Origin: a virus
Virus record (IMG/VR): IMGVR_UViG_3300050821_007764
Span: 25,049-89,048 of that record
Length of the DNA stretch: 64,000 nucleotides
Direction: 5' to 3' (one strand)
In this document: positions 8,600-18,068 of the stretch, piece after piece
Position numbering within the stretch: position 1 is the stretch's first letter
Layout of the letters: every line of letters begins with the position of its first letter
Position numbers and translations under genes: made by a program
The notes under the pieces: generated by a model
What the model was told of the DNA's origin: nothing
Seen by the model: the letters and a program-made list of their open reading frames with translations, nothing else
Databases searched by the model: none

Positions 8600-9685
8600 A
8601 TGAGCACGTTCGTCGACAAGCACCTCGTCAACCATGTCATCTTCGTCCTGGACGCGTCCACCTCCATGGAAGGCAGCAGGGCCCGGCAGCTCGTCAAGGC
8701 AGTCGCCGAGGAGGTCAGGAACCTCGCCATCGAATCGGGCTCCGAGAAGCAGAACCAGGAGACCCGCGTCGCGATCTACACCTTCGCGGACAAGGCACAG
8801 TGTGTCGTCTCAGAGCGTGACGTGATGCGTCTGCCAGAGATCGGGGACGTCTATGAGCCCTACGGCAACACCGCTCTGTGTGACGCCGGGATCCTGGTGC
8901 TGGACGACATCAAACTGGTCTGCCAGAAGTATGGCAGCCATGGCTTCCTGGTGTACTTCCTGACCGACGGCGAAGAGAACCGCTCCCACCCCGTTGCGCG
9001 GGCCAATCTGCCGAAGCGCCTGGCGGACCTGCCGGAGAACGTCACCGTCGCCTGCCTGGTCCCGGAGGGGCGGAACTACAGCGGCAACACGTGCGCCGAG
9101 GACGCCATCCGCTACGGCTTCCCGCCCGGCAACGTCGCCACCTGGAATATCAACGCCGCAGACGGAGTGAAGAAGGCCGTCCAGAGCACCATGCGTACGG
9201 CGACGGCCAACTACATGACCGCCCGTGCATCCGGCCTGCCCGGCAGCACCACGCTGTTCTCCACGAGCAGTGCGGCGGACAACGAGGCCGCCGTCAAGCA
9301 GAACCTCACCCCGCTGTCCACGGACGAGTACACCCTGATCCCGGTCGTGCCGCCGCCCGCCTCCAACAACGGCAAGCCGTGGGAGATCAAGCTGTTCGCG
9401 GAGCACTGTGGGCACAGGTACACGGCTGGGTACAGCGGTTACTACGAACTGGTGGCCACCAAGAAGAAGCCCTCGGAGGTCATCCAGGGCAATAAGAAGA
9501 TCATCGTCGTCGAGAAGGCCACCAACCAGGCATTCGGCGGGGACGCCGCACGCTCCCTGCTTGATCTCACTAACGAAACCAAGCGCGTGCGCCCCAAGGA
9601 CTACCCCGGTTACAAAATTTACGTGCTGTCCGGCTCGGTGAACCGCCACCTGGTCCCCGGCACCCACCTGTTGATCAAGAAGTAG
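8600..9685 (+). CDS. vWA domain protein
   Basis: VIFVLDASTSM; GNTALCDA; FLTDGEENRS. Confidence 0.85.
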   Translation: MSTFVDKHLVNHVIFVLDASTSMEGSRARQLVKAVAEEVRNLAIESGSEKQNQETRVAIYTFADKAQCVVSERDVMRLPEIGDVYEPYGNTALCDAGILVLDDIKLVCQKYGSHGFLVYFLTDGEENRSHPVARANLPKRLADLPENVTVACLVPEGRNYSGNTCAEDAIRYGFPPGNVATWNINAADGVKKAVQSTMRTATANYMTARASGLPGSTTLFSTSSAADNEAAVKQNLTPLSTDEYTLIPVVPPPASNNGKPWEIKLFAEHCGHRYTAGYSGYYELVATKKKPSEVIQGNKKIIVVEKATNQAFGGDAARSLLDLTNETKRVRPKDYPGYKIYVLSGSVNRHLVPGTHLLIKK

Positions 9686-9690
9686 GAAAA

Positions 9691-10050
9691 GTGAAGAAGC
9701 AGCTGACCGGGGACGCGATGTTCTACCGCGCCTGGTCCTCCGGACTGAGCGTCAGCCATGCGGCGTTTCTCGCGAACATGGTCGATTTGCCCGAGGGGGA
9801 GTACGCCGACGCGTTCATCCGGGCCATACTGCGGGGTGTTTCACTTCACCGTACGCCGAGCCGGATGCGGCGGTACATTGTCCGGAACCGCCGGGCGTAC
9901 CACCACGACCAGGCACTCATCGCCCGGCACGAACGGGAAGTCCTGCGGGCCCGGGATGGCATGCGCTGCCACCAGTGCCGTGCCGTCCCGCCGCAGCCGG
10001 GCGAGATCATGGACCCGGAGTCCATCGAGTACATTGCCAGCTTGACCTAG
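9691..10050 (+). CDS. hypothetical protein
   Basis: Tightly packed ORF; CHQC motif. Confidence 0.6.
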   Translation: MKKQLTGDAMFYRAWSSGLSVSHAAFLANMVDLPEGEYADAFIRAILRGVSLHRTPSRMRRYIVRNRRAYHHDQALIARHEREVLRARDGMRCHQCRAVPPQPGEIMDPESIEYIASLT

Positions 10051-10067
10051 GAAAAGGAAGGCAGGAC

Positions 10068-10568
10068 GTGAACGCCATCAAATACGTGATTGGCGACGCC
10101 ACCGCACCGATAGGCGAAGGCCCCCAACTGATCGCGCACATCTGCAACGACCAGGGCGGCTGGGGATCCGGCTTCGTCCTCGCCGTCTCCAAGCGCTGGC
10201 CCGAACCGGAGGAGATGTACCGGTCCTGGGCACGCATGGGCAGCGGCGGAGGGTTTCGCCTCGGAGAGACACAGTTCGCGCACGTCTCGCTCAACCACAA
10301 CATCGTCGTGGCCAACATGGTGGCCCAGCGCGGATTCGTCACCGGGGACAACCGCCGGGCCGTGGACTACGACGCGTTGCGCACGTGCCTGGAGACCGTC
10401 GCGCTGGTGGCCACCGGTAGCGCCGTCGTGTTCACCCCCCGCTCCTCCGTGCACATGCCCCGCATCGGCTGTGGCCTGGGCGGCGGCACCTGGGAGGAGA
10501 TTGAGCTCATCATCACGGAGACGCTGGTGAACAGCGGCGTGGACGTCACCGTCTACGACCTGCCGTGA
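10068..10568 (+). CDS. macro domain protein (Poa1p-like ADP-ribose-processing enzyme)
   Basis: YVIGDAT; IAHICNDQGGWGSGF; VHMPRIGCGLGGGTW. Confidence 0.9.
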   Translation: MNAIKYVIGDATAPIGEGPQLIAHICNDQGGWGSGFVLAVSKRWPEPEEMYRSWARMGSGGGFRLGETQFAHVSLNHNIVVANMVAQRGFVTGDNRRAVDYDALRTCLETVALVATGSAVVFTPRSSVHMPRIGCGLGGGTWEEIELIITETLVNSGVDVTVYDLP

Positions 10569-10837
10569 GCGGCACCGCACTGGACGACCTCGTCATCACC
10601 TTCACGGACGAGGTGCATGAGGACGTCTGCGAAGCCCCAAACAGCACCTGCTCCAAGGCGGCCATCTGGGACTTGATCAACGGCTGTGGCTGCACTTGGG
10701 CCATCTGCCACGACCACAAAGTGTGGGGGGAGAAGAAGTTCCGCGAACTCTTCCCGGACGGTACGGGCTACATGTGTGCCAGATGCCTCGCCAATGAGCC
10801 GCCCTACCGTTTCGTACCGCACCGGAGGAACCGTTGA
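10565..10837 (+). CDS. Cys-rich hypothetical protein
   Basis: GTGA overlap; multiple Cys/His residues. Confidence 0.6.
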   Translation: MSGTALDDLVITFTDEVHEDVCEAPNSTCSKAAIWDLINGCGCTWAICHDHKVWGEKKFRELFPDGTGYMCARCLANEPPYRFVPHRRNR

Positions 10838-11124
10838 GCCGATACTCCCTCGTTCACCGTAAGGACAACACCGTCCGGGACCTCACCTTCCGCCGGTACA
10901 AAGGAATGCACCGGCCGATGGAATGGAGCGCCTACAACTTCTACGTCGGAAAGGAACGCTGGGGATTCGTCACCCACACGCTCGGCAGCAAGGGCCGCCA
11001 GTGGACAGCGCACTCCTTCAATCAGGACGTTCCCAAGGGCCTGCGTAAGCAGAACGGCTTCGCCACGCGCTTCGAGGCCGGACGCTACATCATCAAGACC
11101 TACGGCTACTGGGAGAACGACTGA
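10834..11124 (+). CDS. hypothetical protein
   Basis: TTGA overlap. Confidence 0.6.
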   Translation: MSRYSLVHRKDNTVRDLTFRRYKGMHRPMEWSAYNFYVGKERWGFVTHTLGSKGRQWTAHSFNQDVPKGLRKQNGFATRFEAGRYIIKTYGYWEND

Positions 11125-11534
11125 TGGACATGGAGGAGCTGGCCGACCCGATACTGCGAGAGATCCGCAAAAGAAGCGCGGACAGCAACCCGGTCGACTT
11201 TCTGGTGGAAGGGCACCGCCACGGCCTGCGCGGGTGCCGGTGCCTGTCCTGTGACGTCACCACCGGCTACATGATCAGCACGGGTGTCACCTGTGACGAG
11301 ATTCCCGAGGCGGCTGACGCGTGTGATGGTGGCTGTCTCTGCCCTGTGCTGACCGAGGGACAGGCGGAGTCCCTCATCCGGGCGGACCTGGACCGCTCGT
11401 GGCTGCTCGGGGAGGTCCGGCGGCTGGAGGGTCTTGTTGCGGCCCACCAGCGGGTTGAACTCCGGCTGGCCCGGGAGGCGGCAGGACCGTGGCCCTTCCA
11501 GGTGGTTCGCAGGCGAAGGAAGGAACAGGCGTGA
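11124..11534 (+). CDS. Cys-rich hypothetical protein
   Basis: TGATG overlap. Confidence 0.6.
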   Translation: MDMEELADPILREIRKRSADSNPVDFLVEGHRHGLRGCRCLSCDVTTGYMISTGVTCDEIPEAADACDGGCLCPVLTEGQAESLIRADLDRSWLLGEVRRLEGLVAAHQRVELRLAREAAGPWPFQVVRRRRKEQA

Positions 11535-12220
11535 ACGGCGAGGTACTACTACAGGGCATCGTAGGAAGCCAGGCGTATGGCTTCGCGCATGAGGGGTCGG
11601 ACATCGACCGCCTCGGACTGTACGCCGCGCCGACGTCCTCATTCTTCGGGCTGGGGAAGCCGCAGGAGTCCTACGTCACCACCAAGCCGGACCTCACCCT
11701 GCACGAGGCCCAGAAGTGGTGCCGTCTGGCCCTCAAGTGCAACCCCACGGCCATGGAACTCGTCTGGCTGCCGGAGGGTCTTTACGAGGTCCGGCACCCC
11801 CTCGGGGATGACCTGATCGCTATCCGGCGGTCCTTCCTGTCCGCCAGGGCCGTCCGCAACTCCTACCTCGGTTACGCCAGCAGTCAGCTCAGCAAGCTGA
11901 AGCACACGGCCATCAAGATGGACACGCACGAGGATCCTGCCGCTGTGCAGGACCGGCGGCGTAAGCACGCACGGCACCTGGTCCGCCTCATGCTGCAAGG
12001 CGTCGGGCTGCACCAGGGCGATGACCTTGTTGTCCGGTTGCCGTCTCCTGGTTACGTGGTGGAGACGGCCAGCGCGATCGTCCTGGATCCCAGGATCGGG
12101 GACATGCTGCTGGCTGGTGCGGAGAAGGTCTTCGACAAAACCAGCCAGCTGCCGGAGGAGCCGAACACGGTCGTGGTGGAGGCGTGGCTGCACGGGGTGC
12201 GCCGGTCGTTCCTGGAGTAG
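11531..12220 (+). CDS. Pol-beta superfamily nucleotidyltransferase (RlaP/YcgL-like)
   Basis: GIVGSQAYGFAHEGSDIDRLG; LKCNPTAMELVW; SYLGYA; KHARHLVRL. Confidence 0.85.
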   Translation: MNGEVLLQGIVGSQAYGFAHEGSDIDRLGLYAAPTSSFFGLGKPQESYVTTKPDLTLHEAQKWCRLALKCNPTAMELVWLPEGLYEVRHPLGDDLIAIRRSFLSARAVRNSYLGYASSQLSKLKHTAIKMDTHEDPAAVQDRRRKHARHLVRLMLQGVGLHQGDDLVVRLPSPGYVVETASAIVLDPRIGDMLLAGAEKVFDKTSQLPEEPNTVVVEAWLHGVRRSFLE

Positions 12221-12273
12221 ACGACCACTCCCAAGTGTGCTAGTATTCAAACACACGAGGGAACGGAGGAACC

Positions 12274-12468
12274 ATGGACTTGACTGACGCAGAGCTCACG
12301 CTGCTGCTGAACGACCTGCTGGACCGCGTCAACAACGAGATCCGCCACGACACCGACGGTCTCGATGACGCCCAGCGGGCGGCCGTCGACAGCCTCGGCG
12401 AGAAGGCGTACGCCGAGGCCCGTGCCCGCAAGCAGCTGCGCCCCGCAGAGTTCTGGTGGGTGCACTGA
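12274..12468 (+). CDS. hypothetical protein
   Basis: GGAGG RBS. Confidence 0.6.
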   Translation: MDLTDAELTLLLNDLLDRVNNEIRHDTDGLDDAQRAAVDSLGEKAYAEARARKQLRPAEFWWVH

Positions 12469-12644
12469 TGGCTGGAGCACGGGGGCCCGCATTCCGGGAC
12501 ATCTGTTCCGTCTGCGAGGGCAGTTACGCACTCACCGTCAAGGGCCTCATCGGCAAGCACCCGGCCTCCGCGCAGGAGTTCGCCGACGACAAGGGCAAAT
12601 GCCGGGGCGGGGGCAAGCTGCCCAAGCCCAAGAACAGTCGCTGA
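12468..12644 (+). CDS. small hypothetical protein with zinc-binding-like motif
   Basis: CSVC...H...C; TGATG overlap. Confidence 0.55.
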   Translation: MAGARGPAFRDICSVCEGSYALTVKGLIGKHPASAQEFADDKGKCRGGGKLPKPKNSR

Positions 12645-12745
12645 CCCCTCGTCTGCTACGCTCAGCCGCGCGACAGGTCGAGGGGTCGCCAGGGACGCCA
12701 CAGGCATGTGGCGTCCCCTCCCTCATGTACAGGAAAGAGGAAAGC

Positions 12746-13189
12746 ATGTCCGGCGAAAGAGTCGCGTCCTACGACGAGTTCATGAACATCCTGGCCGACG
12801 CCAGCAAGCTCGGTCTGTGCAACGCACCCGACCCCAGCAGCATCAAGAACCTCACCCCCGGGGCGGACGTCGTCCTGTCCCTGGAGGAGATGGGCTGCGA
12901 CTTCACGGCTTTCAGGGCCCCCTACCACCACCGCGTCCGCGCCGTCGTCCTGTACGAGCGCACCGCCCACATCGTGGACATCCAGGACACGACCTGGGTC
13001 CTCCTGAAGACCGTCGAGGAGTGGATCGCCTCGCTCCCGATCATGGTTCTCCCCGCCGAGGTCATCGCGGCGACCGAACCTGACGCCCCCGAGGAGGACG
13101 GCCCCGCCGGGGTGCGGGAGCCGTCCGAGCCCGCCGCGCCGACCGACGATGCGGGGGCGGCCGTTCCGCACGAGGCCCCCGTGGGGTAG
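12746..13189 (+). CDS. hypothetical protein
   Basis: AGGAAAGAGG RBS; acidic Pro/Ala-rich tail. Confidence 0.6.
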   Translation: MSGERVASYDEFMNILADASKLGLCNAPDPSSIKNLTPGADVVLSLEEMGCDFTAFRAPYHHRVRAVVLYERTAHIVDIQDTTWVLLKTVEEWIASLPIMVLPAEVIAATEPDAPEEDGPAGVREPSEPAAPTDDAGAAVPHEAPVG

Positions 13190-13271
13190 AGTGACCCAGG
13201 AGAAACGACGAAGGCCCGCGCCTGGCTCGGCAGCGGGCCTTCGGTCGTCTCCGGACCCTCTGGCAGGCAAG

Positions 13272-13300
13272 TTGATCATGCCTCGACTGCTGCCTAGAAT
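13272..13300 (+). promoter_or_regulatory. promoter of the primase/helicase gene
   Basis: TTGATC-17-TAGAAT. Confidence 0.6.
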
Positions 13301-13394
13301 GGGGTGATCACCGCACTTCACGGCACCTCTGGTGCCCTGCCGGAGGGAGCTCTCGTGTGTACTCTGCACCTGCGGCAGGCAAAGCGAAGCGCGC

Positions 13395-16034
13395 ATGAAC
13401 ACGAGTGACGTCACCGCGCAGCCACCAGCTGCGGTCAACGACCTCACTCCGTACCGAGCGGCCCTCTGGTACCAGGAACGCGGCCTGTTCCCCATCCCCT
13501 GGATTGTCCAGGGCGGCCAGAAGATCGCCGCCACGGGCAAGTTCACCTATGAAGCGTACACCTCACAACCCCAGGGAATCACCTGGGTCATGGACGAGTG
13601 GCCCTACCATGACGAATGGCAGGTCGGCCTCGCCCTCCACGAGAACACCGGCGTCTTCGCCGTGGACGTGGACGACCCCGAACAGCTGACCCGCTGGGAG
13701 AGCGAGAACGGCCCCCTCCAGGGAGACACCTGGACCCAGACCACTGGCCGCGACGGCGGCGGAGAGCACCGCCTGTTCCGCCTCGCCGGGCGCAATGCCG
13801 TCTGGCCCCGGCAGGGCTCCTTCGACGCCGCGTACCCCAAACTGGAGTTCCGCTCCAACGGACTGGTCGCCGTCGCCCCCTCCATCCACCCCAGCGGCCG
13901 GAAGTACCGCTGGAAGGACGATTCCCCTGTCGAGATCGCCGAGACGGCCTGGGGCCTCACCTCACTGATCGGGGCCCGCGCCGTACGCAAGGACCGGAGC
14001 GGATCCTCCGGTTCAACGCGCGCGCAGGTTCAGCCGGACGGGACCCGCGCCGTTGTCGCCGACATGGACGCACTCCTGACCGGCGGAGTCCCCGCAGGCC
14101 AGTCCCAGCACGTCGCCCTGCGGGACCTCGTGTGGGACGCCGCCAGCCGTGGCATGTCCGATATCATGATCCGCGTCCTGTGGGACACTGTTGTCGCCCG
14201 CACCCCCCTCGCCCGGCCCGACCAGCCATGGACCTCGGCCGACTTCGACCGGCACCTGGCCGGGGCCCGGGACAAGCTCGGCGGCGGCGTCAGCACCAAG
14301 CTGCTGCGCTGGGCCGTCCGGGTCCACAACGAGGCACAGCAGGCCAGAATGGCAGCCCCAGCGCCCGCCATCACTTCCCCAAGTGGTGAAGTGACACCGC
14401 CGCCGCCGCCGACACCGTCAGTCGATCCTGCTCCGGCGAACGACACGACGGCCTACCTGCTGCGACCCCTCCCCTTCACTGAGCTCAAGCAGTACGGACC
14501 GCACCAGGAAGGCATGGGGGAGCTCTTCGCCGACCGCTTCCATGATGTATTCAAATGGTGCAATGAAGAGAACGCCTACTACACCTGGTTCAGTTTCGAC
14601 GGCACACCAGTAACCCACTGGAGCCGTGAAGCATTCAACGGCATATCACCAAAGTTCGTACACATGGTACGTAAACTCGGCCTGGTTGTCCGGGAAAGCG
14701 TCAATGCGCATATCGCATCCGTCGACCAGAGCACGGCCGATGGGCGGCAGAAAGTCAAGGAAGCAAACGCATACCTTCTCCCCTTCCAGAAGGCTGACAC
14801 CATCCGGGGCGTAGCGAAAATCGTCGCCAGTGACCAGCGCGTTGCTGTAACACCAACAGACTTCACAGCAAAACCGCACCTCCTCAACTTCCGCACCGGA
14901 ACCTACGACGTCCGCACCGGACAACTCCTCCCGCACCGCCGCGAAGACATGAACACCGTCACCATCAACCGGGACCTCGACCTCGCCATCGCGGAAAAGC
15001 CCCTCAGGGAAGTAGCACCGCTCTTCGACAGCATGATCTGGCGCATGTGCGGCGCACCCGGTGAAGTCGACCACGACACCCACACCAAGCGCGCTGACGC
15101 CGTCAAGCGCTGGCTTGGATACCAGCTCCACGGATCCAACCCGGAGAAGAAGATGGGCGTCTTCGAAGGGGCGACCTCCATCGGCAAGAATCAGGTGGTG
15201 GAAGCCCTCGGTGACATCGTCTCCGAGTACGCCTACACCTCCTGCCCGCCGAGCCTGCTCATCCGCAGCCGCCAGGACCGGCACAGCTCGGTGGAGGCGA
15301 ACCTCTCCGGCAAGCGCATGGTCGTCGTCAACGAGATGACGAAGGACCAGGTGCTGGACGAAGCCCAGGTACTGCGCCTGGTCAACCCGGAGGGCACCCG
15401 CGTGGACCTGCGCAAGATGCGGGAGAACGCCATCTCCACAGAGATCACCTGGTCCCTCACCGTTACCACCAACGCCATGCCCCGCACTGACACCACCGAC
15501 CAGATTCTCGGACGCCTCGCCTTCTACCCCCTGTCCAAGCGTGCCGTCCCCGAAGAGGACCGCGACAGCAGCCTCAAAGCGCGCATCCTCCAGCAGGAGT
15601 CCGACGAGATCCTCGCCCACGCGGTGACCTGGTGGCGGCAGTGGTGGGTTGCCCGCGAGAACGGTGACAAGAACGCCCTCGCCCTCCCGCAGGAGTCCCG
15701 GGAGACGCTGGCCGAGTTCGTCGAGGACAATCTCACCCCCCTGCACGAATTCATCGACGACCTGTGCGAAATCGTGCCCGGCGAGTACGTGGACGCGAAA
15801 GACCTCTGGCGCAAAGCCGTCGCCTACTGGGACGACCAGCACCGTGACAAGCGCCTGGAATACTCCGGAGGCCGCAAAGAGTTGTACAAACTCCTCAGCG
15901 AAATCCCAGGGATCGAGCGGCGCACACGGGGGTCGAAGAAGAACCTCATCGGCTTCGGGAACCTTCGTGTACGGGCCCTGTACGGAGCCGCAGACGCGGC
16001 CCTGCACGCCTGGGCCGGTCGGCAGGGGGACTAG
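13395..16034 (+). CDS. bifunctional DNA primase-polymerase fused to D5/SF3 helicase
   Basis: VFAVDVD; GGEHRLF; VAVAPSIHPSGRKYRW; LLNFRTGTYD; Walker A GATSIGKN; MVVVNE. Confidence 0.9.
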   Translation: MNTSDVTAQPPAAVNDLTPYRAALWYQERGLFPIPWIVQGGQKIAATGKFTYEAYTSQPQGITWVMDEWPYHDEWQVGLALHENTGVFAVDVDDPEQLTRWESENGPLQGDTWTQTTGRDGGGEHRLFRLAGRNAVWPRQGSFDAAYPKLEFRSNGLVAVAPSIHPSGRKYRWKDDSPVEIAETAWGLTSLIGARAVRKDRSGSSGSTRAQVQPDGTRAVVADMDALLTGGVPAGQSQHVALRDLVWDAASRGMSDIMIRVLWDTVVARTPLARPDQPWTSADFDRHLAGARDKLGGGVSTKLLRWAVRVHNEAQQARMAAPAPAITSPSGEVTPPPPPTPSVDPAPANDTTAYLLRPLPFTELKQYGPHQEGMGELFADRFHDVFKWCNEENAYYTWFSFDGTPVTHWSREAFNGISPKFVHMVRKLGLVVRESVNAHIASVDQSTADGRQKVKEANAYLLPFQKADTIRGVAKIVASDQRVAVTPTDFTAKPHLLNFRTGTYDVRTGQLLPHRREDMNTVTINRDLDLAIAEKPLREVAPLFDSMIWRMCGAPGEVDHDTHTKRADAVKRWLGYQLHGSNPEKKMGVFEGATSIGKNQVVEALGDIVSEYAYTSCPPSLLIRSRQDRHSSVEANLSGKRMVVVNEMTKDQVLDEAQVLRLVNPEGTRVDLRKMRENAISTEITWSLTVTTNAMPRTDTTDQILGRLAFYPLSKRAVPEEDRDSSLKARILQQESDEILAHAVTWWRQWWVARENGDKNALALPQESRETLAEFVEDNLTPLHEFIDDLCEIVPGEYVDAKDLWRKAVAYWDDQHRDKRLEYSGGRKELYKLLSEIPGIERRTRGSKKNLIGFGNLRVRALYGAADAALHAWAGRQGD

Positions 16035-16108
16035 GACGCCTGTCCGACACGCCCCTGACCTGGTAAAGTCGGATCTTGTACAAGGAACACCGAACCGAAG
16101 GAGGATCC

Positions 16109-16672
16109 GTGGAAGCAGTAAAAGCCACCACGCCGCCGCAGGAGACAATCCACATCCTCCCGGACGCCGCCGGGCAGCCCCGCAAGCGGTTCTCCGGCAC
16201 CCACCTCGCGTTCGCCTCCACCGGGGACTCCAAATGGAAGCGCCCCCGCTGGCTGACCCTGGACCTGTACCGCAAGGCCGACGGCACCTACATCCTGCAC
16301 CGCACCGGGTACAGTGTGGTCTACCACGACCCGGACGGCTGCGAGGGCGGCGAGGGCATGACGCTGTCCGAGCTGCTGGAGGTGACCTCCGAGGGCGTCC
16401 CGTGCGAAAAGTGCAGCCCGATGCCGTTCGATGCTGTCAAACTGGCCATCGAACGCGGTCGGGGCAGCGAGATCATCCTGCTGGAGCGCATCTACTACAA
16501 GGTGATCGAGGCCGCCACCGTCCCAGAGCTGGTGAAAGCGCTGGAGTTCGTCCCCAAAACGTCGAGCACCGGCACCCCGGTCATCAGCCGTCCCGGACAG
16601 GAGCTGCTGCTGCGAGCCGCCGAGCATGATGCGCCCATCGCCGCCACGTTCGACGCCGTTGAGGACATCTGA
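16109..16672 (+). CDS. hypothetical protein
   Basis: AAGGAGG RBS before GTG. Confidence 0.65.
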   Translation: MEAVKATTPPQETIHILPDAAGQPRKRFSGTHLAFASTGDSKWKRPRWLTLDLYRKADGTYILHRTGYSVVYHDPDGCEGGEGMTLSELLEVTSEGVPCEKCSPMPFDAVKLAIERGRGSEIILLERIYYKVIEAATVPELVKALEFVPKTSSTGTPVISRPGQELLLRAAEHDAPIAATFDAVEDI

Positions 16673-16679
16673 TTGAGAT

Positions 16680-16709
16680 TTGACACACCAGCCCGGCGGG
16701 GGGTAGGCT
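16680..16709 (+). promoter_or_regulatory. sigma70-like promoter
   Basis: TTGACA-18-TAGGCT. Confidence 0.6.
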
Positions 16710-16745
16710 GGCACCACACCAGGAAACAGGAAAGGAACACCCGCC

Positions 16746-17990
16746 ATGCCCGAACTCCGCGACATTGCCCGCGTCCGCAATGTCACCACCACTGCCACGA
16801 CTGAGCTCGTGAACATCCCCGAGGTGGGAACCCCCGAGGGGCTCAGGACCGCCGCCGAGCTCGTTTACCACTCGGTCAGGGCGAAGACCACGAACAACTC
16901 CCCGCAGTACCCCAGGGACGGCACGCCGGGCAAGCACTGGCAGGGACGCATCCGCACCGAGGTCTTCTACGAACTGTGGCCCCAGCTGGACGACCGCATG
17001 TACGTGTCCGCCACCCAGCGCAACGAGATCATCGAGGCAGTCACCGACTACCTCGACACGTGCAAGGTGCTCGTCCGCAAGTCGGCGGACACCAAGTACA
17101 ACCCGTCGATCTGGTGGGTCAGCGACCACTGGACCCCCATGGAGGTACGAACCGTGCAGCCCGAACCGGCACAGGCACCGCAGGCCGTGCCAGGCGCAGG
17201 CTACCAGTGCCGGGGCTGTGACGAGACCTTCTCGATCCCGTCGGCACGCGGTACGCACGAGTACCGCTCGCACAAGATCGCCATCGACGACGCGGGCACC
17301 GTCTACGCCTTCGACGAGAACTTCAACGAGGCATACACGGAGTCCCTCGTCCTTCGAGTCCTGAAGGACGTTGACAGCGTCGGCGAGTCCGTGTCCTTCC
17401 GGACGGTCCAGGTCTGTGCACACGACATCGACCCGCGCATGGGGAAGGTGATCGTCAAGGGGGCAATCGGCAGGCTCGTCAGCAAGGGATCCGTCCGGCA
17501 GCTGGCCCACGGTGTCTACCCGAAGTACGCACTGGCTACCGCCGCCCCGGCCGAGGATGACACTGCCCCCGGCATCCCGGAGGAGGCCGCCGCCGTACTG
17601 CCCGGCCTGGAGCCGGAGACGGCCCCGGAGCCCGCCGTGCAGGTGACCTCCGTGGGCCCGGCCGTCGACAGCCTCACGGTCTCGCTGGACGGCCTGCGGC
17701 ACATCCTGTCCACGACACGGGGGCAGTTCGAGAGCGCGGAGGCGGCCACCATCGCCGTGTTCGAGCGGGCCAGCTGGTTGGAAGGACAGCTGGCCCGGAC
17801 CGAGCGGGAGCTTGCCGCCGCCAAGATGAAGCTCATCCCGCGCGGTACGGCTGGTCCCGAGGCGGAGGCTCTGCGTGCGACTGTTCAGGAGCTCTCCGAG
17901 AAGCTGGCAGAGGCTGTCAGGGAGCGGGACGAGGTCCAGAGCAGGCTGGACAACTTCCAGCAGGCACTGCGGGGCCTCGGCGTCCAGTAG
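16746..17990 (+). CDS. protein with C2H2-type zinc finger and C-terminal coiled coil
   Basis: YQCRGCDETF...HEYRSH; heptad-rich C-terminus. Confidence 0.7.
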   Translation: MPELRDIARVRNVTTTATTELVNIPEVGTPEGLRTAAELVYHSVRAKTTNNSPQYPRDGTPGKHWQGRIRTEVFYELWPQLDDRMYVSATQRNEIIEAVTDYLDTCKVLVRKSADTKYNPSIWWVSDHWTPMEVRTVQPEPAQAPQAVPGAGYQCRGCDETFSIPSARGTHEYRSHKIAIDDAGTVYAFDENFNEAYTESLVLRVLKDVDSVGESVSFRTVQVCAHDIDPRMGKVIVKGAIGRLVSKGSVRQLAHGVYPKYALATAAPAEDDTAPGIPEEAAAVLPGLEPETAPEPAVQVTSVGPAVDSLTVSLDGLRHILSTTRGQFESAEAATIAVFERASWLEGQLARTERELAAAKMKLIPRGTAGPEAEALRATVQELSEKLAEAVRERDEVQSRLDNFQQALRGLGVQ

Positions 17991-18002
17991 CAGGTCACGA
18001 CC

Positions 18003-18036
18003 AGGACCAGGGTAGCTTCTGCTGCCCTGGTCCTTT
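18003..18036 (+). terminator. intrinsic terminator
   Basis: AGGACCAGGGTAG/CTGCCCTGGTCCT stem followed by TT. Confidence 0.6.
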
Positions 18037-18068
18037 AGTATGGGCGCACGCACAAGGAAGGGGAACAG

